A stretch of 64,000 bases of DNA from Vitrella brassicaformis CCMP3155. Its lineage: Eukaryota; Protista; Chromerida. The notes under the pieces are model-generated. The model saw only the letters and a program-made list of their open reading frames with translations. It was not told the origin of the DNA and made no database searches. Shown piece after piece: positions 24,562 through 35,685 of this stretch (position 1 is its first letter; each line of letters starts with the position of its first letter). The stretch covers positions 72,682 through 136,681 of the forward strand of contig CDMY01000280.1 in assembly GCA_001179505.1 (NCBI GenBank), given 5' to 3'. The translations under genes and the position numbers were made by a program.

Positions 24562-26794
24562 TTATACCTGTCCATCAGCTGTTTCGGCATGCTCTGCCTT
24601 GGCGAGGGTCTTCAATTCGGCTTCCAAAGCCTTTTCTTCATCCTCTAGCTCATCTATGATTCTCTTTCGTCGCTGCAGAAAGACACGGGTATCACACGCA
24701 TAATTTCCCATCTCGACTTGGAACATTTAAATCTTCTCTTACTGAATCTGTAGAAAAAACGTCTGTCTGAGAAATTAGTTTGTCATACTGACGATCCAAG
24801 GCATTGGACCGCATTCCAAGGGCGGCGTAGCGTGGCTGATTGGTGTGTCCGCCGTATTTGTAGTAGTCGTCCGAATGCTGAGCCCCATTGGCTTTGAGGA
24901 GGGCAGCGACATCCTTCAGCTCCGGCTGCATCACCTGCACACACATGGCACGCAGTCAGGCCATGGCATCTCTTCATGCTTATCCCTCCGCTCACCACTT
25001 CGTCTAAAGGCGCCACGATTAGACCGCCCGGCCGACGCTTGCCAAGGTTGGGGTCTGCTCCGGCTTCCAACAGCAGCTCCACAGTGTCGAATATCCGAGC
25101 GGCTCGCGCGCCATCAGCATCCCACGCCAAGGGGCTGCCGGTCGCTGTCTCGGCCATCACTGCGCGATGAAGCGGCTCGCCGCACGCCATGTTTGGATCT
25201 GCGCCATTATCAAGAAGCGTCTTCACAGCCATCAAAGCATCTGCTGCCCCTTCTTGATAACGGACGAGAAAGAAATCGTACATGTGCTGCCTCATGCTTT
25301 TCCACCCCGTGTCTCCCTTTCGAATTTGATCGATTCGATCGATGAGCTCGGCGTGTTGGAGTCCCGTGAACTCTGTAATCAGCTGACAACTGATGACTGC
25401 CACCGTCAGAATGATGTTGGCAATGGGAAGCAGCTGCAGCTGGTAAGTGGGATAGCAGAGGAAGAGGACATTGCATATCAGGCCGAGAAGGTCTTCGCAG
25501 AGTATGCTGCAAAGACGATTGCCCCTGGCATTACGATGGCTTCTGGCGTCAACTTTGGCCTCAAGCATGGTAATCAGAGAAGGATAAAGCATAAAGGTCC
25601 CTACCAGGGGGGACAAAAAGTAGAGGCGCCAAGGCCATGTGGGGACTCTCTCGCTGAAGACCGCAATCGAAAAGAATGTAATCCAATCGGTGATGGCATC
25701 GACAAGCTCCGAAATCAGCACATGCAAAAGACCCAATCGGCTGTAATCGGGAAGAATAACATCCGGAAGAAGCTCTCTCGGAATCATGCAGTGGGTCACG
25801 ATGCCAATAGAAATTTCAATCACAATGCCGATGAAGAACAGCAAAACAGCCCCCCACCAGAGAAACTCCCCGATCCAGATGAAGATCCACCAAGCAGGAA
25901 ATGCACCTACCAACCCGCCCAGCGTCCCGACGCCACACAGAAAGGGGGCCCCCAGATGCAGATAAGGAATTGTGGGGGTATGCTTTTTCAGTGAGGCTGT
26001 TATGTTCTGCGCCAGCTGCTTCTGCACGTGCTCTTGCGAGGCTTCGAAGCCCATGGCTTCGTAGGCTGAGGCGATGGCATTCAGCAGATTCAAAAACAGA
26101 TTGCAGATGAGTGTGCCGATAGCACCGGCTCCTGGGTTGGCGCAAAGAATGATCACGACGTTGATGAAGTCGATGCTGTCGTTCAGGACAGAGATGCCGC
26201 TCAGCACCGTGATCACCCTGACGAGCCACCGAGGAGGGTCGGGCCGGTGGAAGCGAGCGATGATGGGTGCCGTGGGAGACGGCCCTCGCGGGGTCGCTGC
26301 CTGAGAGTCCACGCCCGAGTCAATGAGACAGGAGCGTTCGCCTAATTCGATGTCGCCCGATTGTCCCTTCTTGCGCTGCACCTGAGCGACCGCAAGGCAC
26401 AGGTCGTCAGCAAATTGCTCACACAATGATGTCTCCCCTGCGTACCCGTGTGGCATTCATTTGGACGTACTCCAGGCACCATTTGAGGACGAGCAGAGCC
26501 GTCGAGACAGCGGCAGAGGCGAGAAGGAGTCGCTTGCACAGGAGGGGAATGGTGTATTGGGACGGCTCGTTGATGATCATCTCCCAGAAGGAGAACCAGT
26601 CGGTCACTGCACATTGCAATGGGGGCAGAGAGAGAGCAAGATGCGTTATGATGGCGCGAGAGATGGTAAGAGGCCTGCTGTTGCTTACGGGCTGCAAAGG
26701 CGCCCAGAAGGATGAGCATCATGTTCTCTCGGAGGAACACTTGCAGTGATAGTCTGGGCCCTTGGGCCGGGCCCTGGCTGGATGAAGCATCAGC
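24562..26794 (-). CDS. Module M2: multi-TM + ankyrin repeats + terminal coiled coil
   Basis: Large exon in ORF 24783-26456. LLDNGADPNMACGEPLHRAV, VELLLEAGADPN, VAALLKANGA. Confidence 0.75.
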
Positions 26795-28959
26795 TGTATC
26801 GGCACGCACTGCCTTTAGAGCTTTCTCGCTATTCTCTCGTCGCACTTCAATCAAAATTCTTGTCGCCACGTGTGCATCGCAAATCAGTGCCTTGGATCGC
26901 ATCAAAAGGGCGGCGTAGCGTGGCTGATTGGTATGTCCGCCGTATTTATAGTAGTCGTCCGAATGCCGAGCCCCATTGGCTTTGAGGAGGGCGGCGACAT
27001 GATTCAGCTCAGGCTGTATTACCTGCACACACATGACACGCAGTCAGGCCGTGTGTGTGAATCTATGTGGCATCCATCTCTTCATGCTTATCACCCCGCT
27101 CACCACTTCGTCTAAAGGCGTCACGACTTGGCCGCCGGCCAGCTGCCGTGTGCCAAGATTGGGGTCTGCCCCGGCCTCCAGCAGCAGCTCCACAGTGTTG
27201 AAAATCCGAGCGGCTCGCGCGCCATCAGCATCCCACGCCAAGGGGCTATCGCCGGTCGCTGTCTCGGCCATCACTGCGCGATGAAGCGGCTCTCCGTTTG
27301 CCATGTTTGGATCTGCGCCACTGTCGACGAGCTCTTTCATGGCCAATAAAGGAGCGTCTCCGTTTCGAATCTGGTCGATTCGATCGATGAGCTCGGCGTG
27401 CTGGATGCCGATGTGTGTTCTAATCAGCTGACAACTGACGACCGCCACCGTCAAAATGATGTTGGCTATGGGGAGCAGCTGCAGCTGGTAAGTGGGATAG
27501 CAGAGGAACAGGACATTGCATACCAGGCCGAGAAGGCCTTTGCAGAGTATGCTAGAGAGACGATTGCGTCTTGCATCACGATGGCTTCTGGCGTCAACCT
27601 TGGCCTCGAGTATTGCGATCAGAGACGGGCAAAGGATTGGCCCTCTGGCGTCAATTTTCTGCTCGAGTGTTGCAATTAGAGAAGGGTAAAGGATGAGGGT
27701 TTCTGTGGCGGGGCAGAGAAAGTAGAGGTGCCAGAGCCATGTTGGGACTCTCTCGTTGAATACCGCAATCGTGAAGAAGGTAATCCAGGTGCTGGTTGTA
27801 TAGACAAGCTCCGCGATCAGCAAATGTAAAAGACCCAATCGGCAGTAGTCGAAGAGAAGAACATCCGAAAGAAGCTCCCTCGGAATGAGGCAGTGCGTCA
27901 CGATACCCATAAAGAGTCCATAAATTAATTTCGTCAGCATCAGAAAGATGGCAAACCACCAAAAAAGGCGCCCAATCCAGGTCATCCACCAAAGCCACCA
28001 AGAATTAGCAAGAAGGGCGCCGATCAACCCAAAAGGCGCAAAAAGCACGCCGGTCACCCCACAAGGCATAATAAAGACCGCCGGTACAGCGGTAGCCAAC
28101 ATCCGAACGATATCGAACAGAACGAGCTCGTCCAACCCTTTGCTTGTGATTTGCGCTAGCTGTTGCATGCGCATTCGCGAGGCTTCGAAGCCCATTGCCT
28201 TGTAGGCTGAGGCGATGGCATTCAGCAGATTCAAGGAGAGATTGCTGATGAGTATCCCCATCGCGTGGCTTCGGGGGTTGCCGATGGCGCAAAGAATGAT
28301 CACGACGTTGATGAAGTCGATGCTGTCGTTGAGGACGGAGATGCCGTTCAGCACCGTGATCATCCTGACGAGCCACCGAGGAGGGTCGGGCCGCTCGAAG
28401 CAAGTGATGATGGGTGCCGTAAGGGATGGCCCCTGCGGGGTCGCTGCCTGAGAGTTCACGCCTGAGTCGATGAGACGGGAGCGTTCGCCTAATTCGATGT
28501 CGCCCGATTGTCCCTTCTTGCGCTGCACCTGAGCGACCGCAAGGCACCAAAGACGTCAGCAAATTGCTCACACAATGATGTCCCCACTGCCTACCAGTGT
28601 GGCATTCATTTGGACGTACTCCAGGCACCATTTGAGGACGAGCAGAGCCGTCGAGACAGCGGCAGAGGCGAGAAGGAGTCGCTTGCACAGAGCCGGAATG
28701 GTGTATTGCGACGGCTCGTCGATGATCATCTCCCAGAAGGAGAACCAGTCGGTCACTGCACATGTGCATTGGGGGCAGAGAGAGAGCAAGATGCGTTATG
28801 ATGGCGCGAGAGATAGCAAGGGGCCTGCTGTTGCTTACGTGCCGCGAAGGCGCCCAGAAGGATGAGCATGATATTCTGTCGGAGGAACACTTGCAGTGAT
28901 AATCGTCTGGGACCTTGGCTGGTCGAAGCCTGCGACACGGAGGGTTGTCCGCCGGCCAT
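24562..28959 (-). CDS. Two-module concatemeric multi-TM/ankyrin-repeat protein (minus-strand array)
   Basis: ATG at 28959 (MAGGQPSVSQAST...). Exon structure matches the plus-strand modules. ORF 26342-27034 reads from module 1's ankyrin exon directly into module 2's first exon. The last exon ends RRKRIIDELEDEEKALEAELKTLAKAEHAETADGQV* (TAA 24564-24562). Confidence 0.75.
26795..28959 (-). CDS. Module M1: multi-TM + ankyrin repeats + linker
   Basis: Large exon in ORF 27044-28528. Ankyrin motifs LVDSGADPNMANGEPLHRAV and VELLLEAGADPNLG. Confidence 0.75.
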
Positions 28960-29115
28960 TCTTCTCTTCTGCAGTCGGTTTGTGCCTGTTGCTTTGTGCC
29001 TTGTTGCCACGATCCTATAAATAAGTGGGGGCGACTTGGGGGGCGAGACTGAGGGGCGACGGAGTCTCGGTCTTCCGCGGCCCCCTCGTGAAGGACACCA
29101 GGACACATCGCAACA

Positions 29116-29661
29116 ATGGCGCTACTTCGCCAGATATTGGGCTTTGCACTGGCAGCTGTTGTTCTCGCTGCTTTCCTCGCAGCTCAAACCGACGCGAACA
29201 TGGTACGCATCTTTCCTCTGCCCAGGCGTTCTGCCATCCGCGAAGATACCTTGTTTGTATCATTGCAGATCAAAGACAAGCCCAATGTAGCCTATATGTC
29301 CTTCTTGGCAAGAGACATCACCAGTAGGCCAGACAACAAATTGAAGCTCAATCGTTGGAGTGCTTCTGCGTGTGCTCGACAGAGAAGGCAGTCGGTCCAT
29401 CGTCGGTCAACAAATCGTCGTCGATCCCTCACCCATCGTCGCCCGAGAGCACCACCCAAGGCCAGAGCACCAGGAGCCACGCCAAGACGGTGGCCGTTGA
29501 GGCTGATGGGAGACGTCGCGTCATCCATCCGATCGAGTGTGTGGATAGGCGGCAGTGTGCACGAGACAGAGACAGACATGGTCATGTGCACTTGGGAACG
29601 GACTCTACATTTCGTTCAAGGGCTTGGTTGTGTGTCGACCGATATCAGAACACAGTGTTAA
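29116..29661 (+). CDS. Small protein with predicted signal peptide; 3' end uncertain
   Basis: MALLRQILGFALAAVVLAAFLAAQTDANM|gtacgc...ttgcag|IKDKPNVAYMSFLARD; signal-peptide-like hydrophobic N-terminus. Confidence 0.4.
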   Translation: MALLRQILGFALAAVVLAAFLAAQTDANMVRIFPLPRRSAIREDTLFVSLQIKDKPNVAYMSFLARDITSRPDNKLKLNRWSASACARQRRQSVHRRSTNRRRSLTHRRPRAPPKARAPGATPRRWPLRLMGDVASSIRSSVWIGGSVHETETDMVMCTWERTLHFVQGLGCVSTDIRTQC

Positions 29662-29714
29662 CATGCCAACAAGCAGAATGTCCAACCATATTAACATCTC
29701 ACAGCGACACGAAG

Positions 29715-31431
29715 TCATTCTAACCCCTCCCCCTCCACCGCCCCGCCATCATCGCCATCACTGTCCGATTCCTCATCATTTGACGGTGGTTCTTCCTCTT
29801 CTTCCCACACCTTGTGGCCCAGCTCAGCGCCGCACACACGCATCACGGCAGCACGTGTCTCTGTGTATGGGCGAAGCTCGGTCGTGAACACCAGGACAGC
29901 CATGACGTCCCGCCCTTCACTGCTGCCGTCGGCAACCATCAGCTCTGCCACAATTTCCTTGTCCACCACCTCGTTTGTCAGCAGCAGACTCCGAAAATGC
30001 CCCGGGTTGTCAGGAAGGCCTCCAGTGGCGCAGTCGAACACTGGGCACCCCTCGACCGGCCCACTGAATGGGGCCGTCAGCAGCTGCTGGCATCGACGGA
30101 AACATGCCGAGTCGCGCTGAGCAGATGTCCACTGCCTGATGGAGTCATTCCGGATCTCCTCACAGGCGGCCAAGAGGCGCACACCCACCAGACATGTGAG
30201 AGAGCGATACACCTCGTCATGCCCAGTGTAACGCGCTGGCGGGTTGTTGCGGTCGAATGCATCAGGTGGGAAGAGGGGCGAGGGATTGGGGAGGACGGTG
30301 AAGTGGTCGAAACGGTCCTCGCCGAAGTCCCTTAGCCGATCATCGCCCTCCATCAGCTGCCGGCCCTCAACCACGAGCTCCTTCCCGATGACGCTCAGCT
30401 GTCTCATGGCCTCTGGGGCGGCCAGGAATGCCTGTCGCCCTGCCCGCGTGCTGACATGCTCGAAGGTCGCCTCACCCAGCACCAGTGGCTCGTCGCAGAT
30501 CAGCCGGAAGATCACCAGATGCGGCCGCCATCTGACCCACTCGCCGCCATGCTCCAGCACAAACAGCCGCCTCAGCACACGGGGCAGCTCGTCAGACACA
30601 CTCAGCCACGTTGTCCCGTCGCTGCGGATGCGCCGATGGCGGGGGCCCTCGATGGCCGCCACACGCAGCAGCTCAGCGCCGAGGCTCATGTGGCTGTCGA
30701 TAGCCTTTGAGAGGCGGCTGGTGAAGTAGGCACCATCGATTGGGTGCTCTGTCGCGACAATGAAGTCGGTCTTGACCAGCCGGAGGGTCAGGGCGTCATC
30801 GATGTCCAGCAGGTCGGCAAGAAGGGGATGCAGGGAGAAGGGGAGGCTGGCGAAGCTGTGGCGAACCTGAATGACAAGCACCCGATGGAGAAGAGAAATG
30901 AAGAGGAGAAAGATGCAAAAGCTTCAGATCCCGAAGCGCGTACCGTCTGTGTGTCACCCATGTCAGGACGCAGGCGACTCCCAGTAGCGAAATACCGAAA
31001 GCCGCCACGCACCTGATCATTCCAACACAGACACACCAGAGAAAGCCATCCCTGTCGACTGAGTGAGCAACCCGGTCTACAGCTGTCTGCTTTGCCAACC
31101 GCGTGTGGCTCGAGTTCCCTGAACCGTGCGATGCTGTTGGGCACCACCGCCTCGAAGAGCTCCCTGCCGCCCGCCTCCTTCATGGACACCCGTGTACCGC
31201 CTGGCGTGCTGGTTGTGGCATACACCTCCGCCGCCACCCATCCCCGCCGCGGTGCGGCCGACGCCTGCAGCACGCGAGTGCCGGGCTTGTAGCGACAGGA
31301 AGGGATCACCTGCATGGAGAAAACACACAAGAGGGAAGGGAATCGACGACACAACCGGTGGGTCAAAAGCGCTGTGTGTGTGGTTTCACCATGAGTGCAG
31401 GAGTCGGTATGGCACAGGACGCTGCCAACAT
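29715..31431 (-). CDS. Hypothetical protein, probably a lineage-expanded family, with N-terminal SH3/Tudor-like segment and acidic tail
   Basis: ATG at 31431 MLAASCAIPTPALM| spliced to VIPSCRYKPGTRVL...RGWVAAEV. A long 3' exon (ORF 29715-30881) contains LRRLFVLEHGGEW, FDRNNPPARY...YRSLTCLV and ends in an E/D-rich stretch. Confidence 0.6.
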
Positions 31432-31544
31432 GAGCCACCAAGACGTATGGTGCGCTGTCTTGCCTCTTCTCTCCTTTCTCTGGCCTTCCTGCGATCCAAG
31501 CGCGCAGTCGTTCGTGGAGCAAAGAACGCAGAATAGGTGAAGCC

Positions 31545-32180
31545 ATGAGCGGTGACGGTGGTAGCGGCAAGGTGGGATCTGTAGTGGAAGTGGTGGATTC
31601 GGAGGCGATGGTCGAGGTAGACCTGGAGGAAGGCAGGGCGGTGGCCGACAGGGTCATCGAGGATGAGGCCACCCATGCTGCCACCAAAGAGGAGGAGATG
31701 GAGGTATAACCGGACGGACGGGGGGGCGAAGGGACAGACTGCACTCGATGGATCTCTGCCCTGCTGATGTGCGCTGCGTCTGTGTGTGTGCAGCCTTCGC
31801 ACGAGATAGGTCGTGGTCCGAGTTACTACCGCAAGGACGACGTGCCCCTCACGTGCGTCGTTGCCAGCTTCTGGCTCAGCTTCATCTTCCCCATCGCTGG
31901 TCAGACACACACACACACACACACGCGCACACACGCACACACGCACACAAAGGGCTTCGAATGCAGCAACGCATCATCCGTGTGTGTGTCTGTGCGTGCA
32001 GGTTGCATAGGATTCTGCCACAACGTGACGGCGCCCGAGACGAGCGCCCGCAAGATGTGGGCGCGACGGGCGGTGCTGATCGGGTCCATCCTGTCGTTTG
32101 TGTACCTGCTCGTCATCGCCTCTGCCATCGGCTCCTCGCAGCATGAGAACCACGTTGACAACTTCGTCAATGCGGAATAG
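31545..32180 (+). CDS. Small two-TM membrane protein (about 148 aa, 3 exons)
   Basis: In-frame splicing gives MSGDGGSGKVGSVVEVVDSEAMVEVDLEEG...EEEME|PSHEIGRGPSYYRKDDVPLTCVVASFWLSFIFPIA|GCIGFCHNVTAPETSARKMWARRAVLIGSILSFVYLLVIASAIG...NAE*, with GT-AG introns. Confidence 0.75.
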
Positions 32181-33491
32181 CTGGGGCGTGCATGAGATGA
32201 GGCTGGTGCAACGGAGTGGGCCACTTTCTCGTGAGGGGGTGGATGCGATGCCTGGCGATTGGTCGTTTTTGATGTCAGTCGGGCTCCCTGTGGACACGTG
32301 TGTGTGTGGTTTTATCCATCTGCGTGTGTGTAGTGGATGTGTCCGTGTGTTCTGTGGCCATCTTTTTGCCTGGCGCACTGAGCGAAGATGATGCGTCTCT
32401 CTCTCTCTCTCTCTGGTATGTCCTCCTGCGTGTGCTGTGGTGTCTGCATTGCCGACTGGTCCTGGAGGTGGTGAGGCGAGTGCTGCTCAGATGATCGTCT
32501 TGACCAGCACTTGCCTGGCCACCGGAGCATCATGTCGGCAGCAGCACGCACACACACACACACGCGTGAAGAGAGACGAGACGCAGCGGGCAGTGATGCC
32601 AGCCGGTGTGTGTGTGGTTTGGGTCACTTTTGGATGATGTCACTGTGTATCACCCTGCCCACGTCTCAGTAGCGTGATCGATGCATTCGTTGTGTCTTCT
32701 CCTCACTGTCGACGTCGATACCCAGTGCATGAGAATACACTGGCGGTCGCCGTCGGCGGTGGGGCGGGACAACGGATGCATCGATCGGCGCATGGGATGC
32801 AGGGAAGCTAGCTAGCCTGTTTTCTTGCCCTTGGTTCTTGTGTGCCTTGGTCTGGATGCGCGTCACTGCTGTCTACCGTCGTGGTCAAGTGCTGCACGAA
32901 GACTGATCGGATAAACGTCTCGATCAGAAACCGTGTGCTGCTTGGTCTGAACGTCTGACTGCGGTGCTGCGCAGAAATCATCCATGCCCTTGGAATTGAC
33001 AGACAGCGAGGCCACACGCCGCTCCCTCTCTCTCTCTCTCTGCAGACTTGTCGGTGCGTGGTGTCTGTCCGTGACGCTGTCCCTCCCCCGCCGATCGAGC
33101 AAGGTTTTTGATGCTCGGTGGTGAGGACAGGGCTGCTTGAATACCTACCTGCATGGTGTGTCCGCCTGACCTGTGGTGTGCACGATGGACGGCATGGCAT
33201 GACGACTCGATCGTGAGACGATGGATGGATGGCTTTATAAGCGAGGTCGTCTGCCTGTGATGGTATTTATTTGACCGAGGAAATAGAGACGAGTCACTCA
33301 CACATGCCGCATACACCTGCTAGACATCAGTCAGCCAACCACACAGTCAATGTACAGGTCCCCGAGCCTCCCTTGAACAAAAGAAAGCACCGGGAACGAC
33401 ACACATGGCCATTCTACCATCATGCAGGCCTATCTTATCTACAAACGCTGACAAATGACACTGGCATCGGCACTCCGCCCCTGGTACACAA

Positions 33492-34770
33492 TCACGTGAC
33501 CAGCTTGATCAATGTGAAGAGCTGAAACTCCACCATGGATGGCACGGCGTATGTGGGCATCAGCACCATGGGGTAGCTCAGCACCTCTCGTGTGTCGGGC
33601 TTCCGCCCGCCAGTATACCCAAACCCCCACAAAGACGGCAGATAGTAATACAGGAACTGAACAAACAACACACACGGATGCCGCAACACGCTTGTGTCTG
33701 TGTGTCTCGTAGAAATGTGTTGATCGCTGCTTACGATGACGGCGAGTGGTGCCACCGAGATGCCCACAGCGCAGAGGAAAATGAGGAACGAAGTGTTGAC
33801 CGCCACGCCGGCCGTCAGGCAGATGCCCGTGACCAACACGGGCACCGCATGGAGGAAGTCGACAGTCGCCGGCATTGCGGCCCACCACAGCGGCAGCTTG
33901 CCCCGGAAATACTGCACACACATGAAACGAAGTCAGGAAGGAATTTGCCATTGGTCGGCTGGTGGCTTCTGCTTCGCAGCCGGCAGACCTTGATTAGTGT
34001 CCCGACAGCCAACACACGAACGTACTGGAGCGTGAACAGCCACCACAGGGGAGTTGCATCAAGCAGATCCTGCAAGGAAGGCAATTCACAAGAAACAAAC
34101 AGATGACACGCTGCAATCATGGGTCTCTTCCTCGTATGCCCACCGCAGTGGCGGTCCTGAAATCCCCCGGCACAGCCGCCGCAATGATCGTGGCGACGAG
34201 CGGCAGTATGCCCACCGCCATCGTGAGCTGCCGTGTGGTCCGCAGGAAGAAGCCCTGGTACCCAAGAGCGCCGACCACCACACCGAAGACCAGGCGGACG
34301 GCGAACCATGTCCAGAGGGAATACTCCTGGGCGGCAGAGTACCAGCCGATAGTGAACGCCAGCCAGATGAACTGCCAGAGAAAGATCAGTGGCGTGACGA
34401 CGCTGTTGCCGCGGTCATGCCGGGGCTGTTCCTCCCACTCACGGGAATCGAGCTTCTGAGATTCCACATCGCCTGCCAACCGCACACACACACACGCACA
34501 CACAGGCATGGTAAGGAAAGAATGACTCCTATTGTGAAGCTGCAGAGCGTACTGCATGATGTGCATTCCTGACCTTGAACAGGGACGGTGCCGTACTGCT
34601 GTGCTGCCATTTACGCTTTGCGAACACGTAGATATCGTCAAGAGGCTGTAAGTGAATCGACGGCGGACAGATCTGTTAGATCCGAGCACAGATAAAGCAG
34701 CACAACCATGAACACGACAAGCATAAAGCTCCTTTCCCTAAACATGAACACGAATCTTGCGAGCTCCATG
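33492..34770 (-). CDS. Multi-pass membrane protein of unknown function
   Basis: Hydrophobic exons VTPLIFLWQFIWLAFTIGWY...WFAVRLVFGVVVGALGYQGFF, PLWWLFTLQYVRVL, VPVLVTGICLTAGVAVNTSFLIFLCAVGISVAPLAVIV, FLYYYLPSLWGFG. Start uncertain. Confidence 0.55.
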
Positions 34771-35066
34771 GTCTCATTTGCGAGCTCGACTTTCTGCGTG
34801 GGAGTTTTAGTCAGCGCGAAGGTCCCGTCAGCAGCAGAGGCCACCAGAGAAGTCACAACACCTTCCTCACCCTCTTACTTCCAGCCTTGCTTCCAGCCGT
34901 AGTTTTTGAGAGCCCCATTGCTGCGTAGCCCATTGCTGGGGCTGTGCTGAAGACGGCCCTGTAGCCCCATCGCCGCATTTTTAGCAGTCATTTTTTTGCG
35001 ACATATATATTCTTCTTTGCTCTTCCGCCCCCCCACCCCGTCATTTCAAGAGCCCCGCCTGCAGCT

Positions 35067-35654
35067 ATGAGTGACTCAGAGCGCAGTGTCCATGAGCCGC
35101 CGCCGCGGATGTCGAGGATCACATCCAACGTGTCCTTCCTGGTGGAGCAAGAGGAGAAATCGGAACCTATCGACCGACCGCCTTTGTTCCGGCTGCCCAC
35201 TCATCGGTTCCGCCAGGGCTCGACTGTAGTCTCGTCCACCGCATCGACCCTGCAGCACGCCTCTCTCGAGCGCCGCTTCATCCTCGCCTACCTGCACCGC
35301 TACTGGATCGTCTACATCCTTTTGCTGTGGCTGGCGGGGTGGGTGGAGGTGGCCCTGCAGAAGGAACTCATCCAGTGGACCAAATACGGGATTGAGCTGT
35401 TGGCGTCGGGGGTCTTGACGGCGGTGCTTCTGCTCTTCCTGGGGACGAATGTCGGGCTCAGTCACCGGGAGAAGGCGGGTTACCAGGTGGGCATTCGTGT
35501 GCTGTATGCGTGTATTATCGCCGTGCACCTCATAAGTCGGCTCGCGCGGCGTCGGGAGAGGGCTGGAGCCCAGCACTCGCTGTGGATCTACATCGCCATT
35601 GTGGCCAGCAGGTGAGGAACAGACAGAGACACGGAAAGAAACAAAGAAAGAGAC

Positions 35655-35685
<31 letters not shown>

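Noticed and set aside
31543-31547. Two opposite ATGs sharing one CATG (ORF 30788-31744 vs the gene at 31545)
   Set aside because: The minus gene has a better spliced start at 31431; the upstream extension is antisense to the plus gene's first exon.
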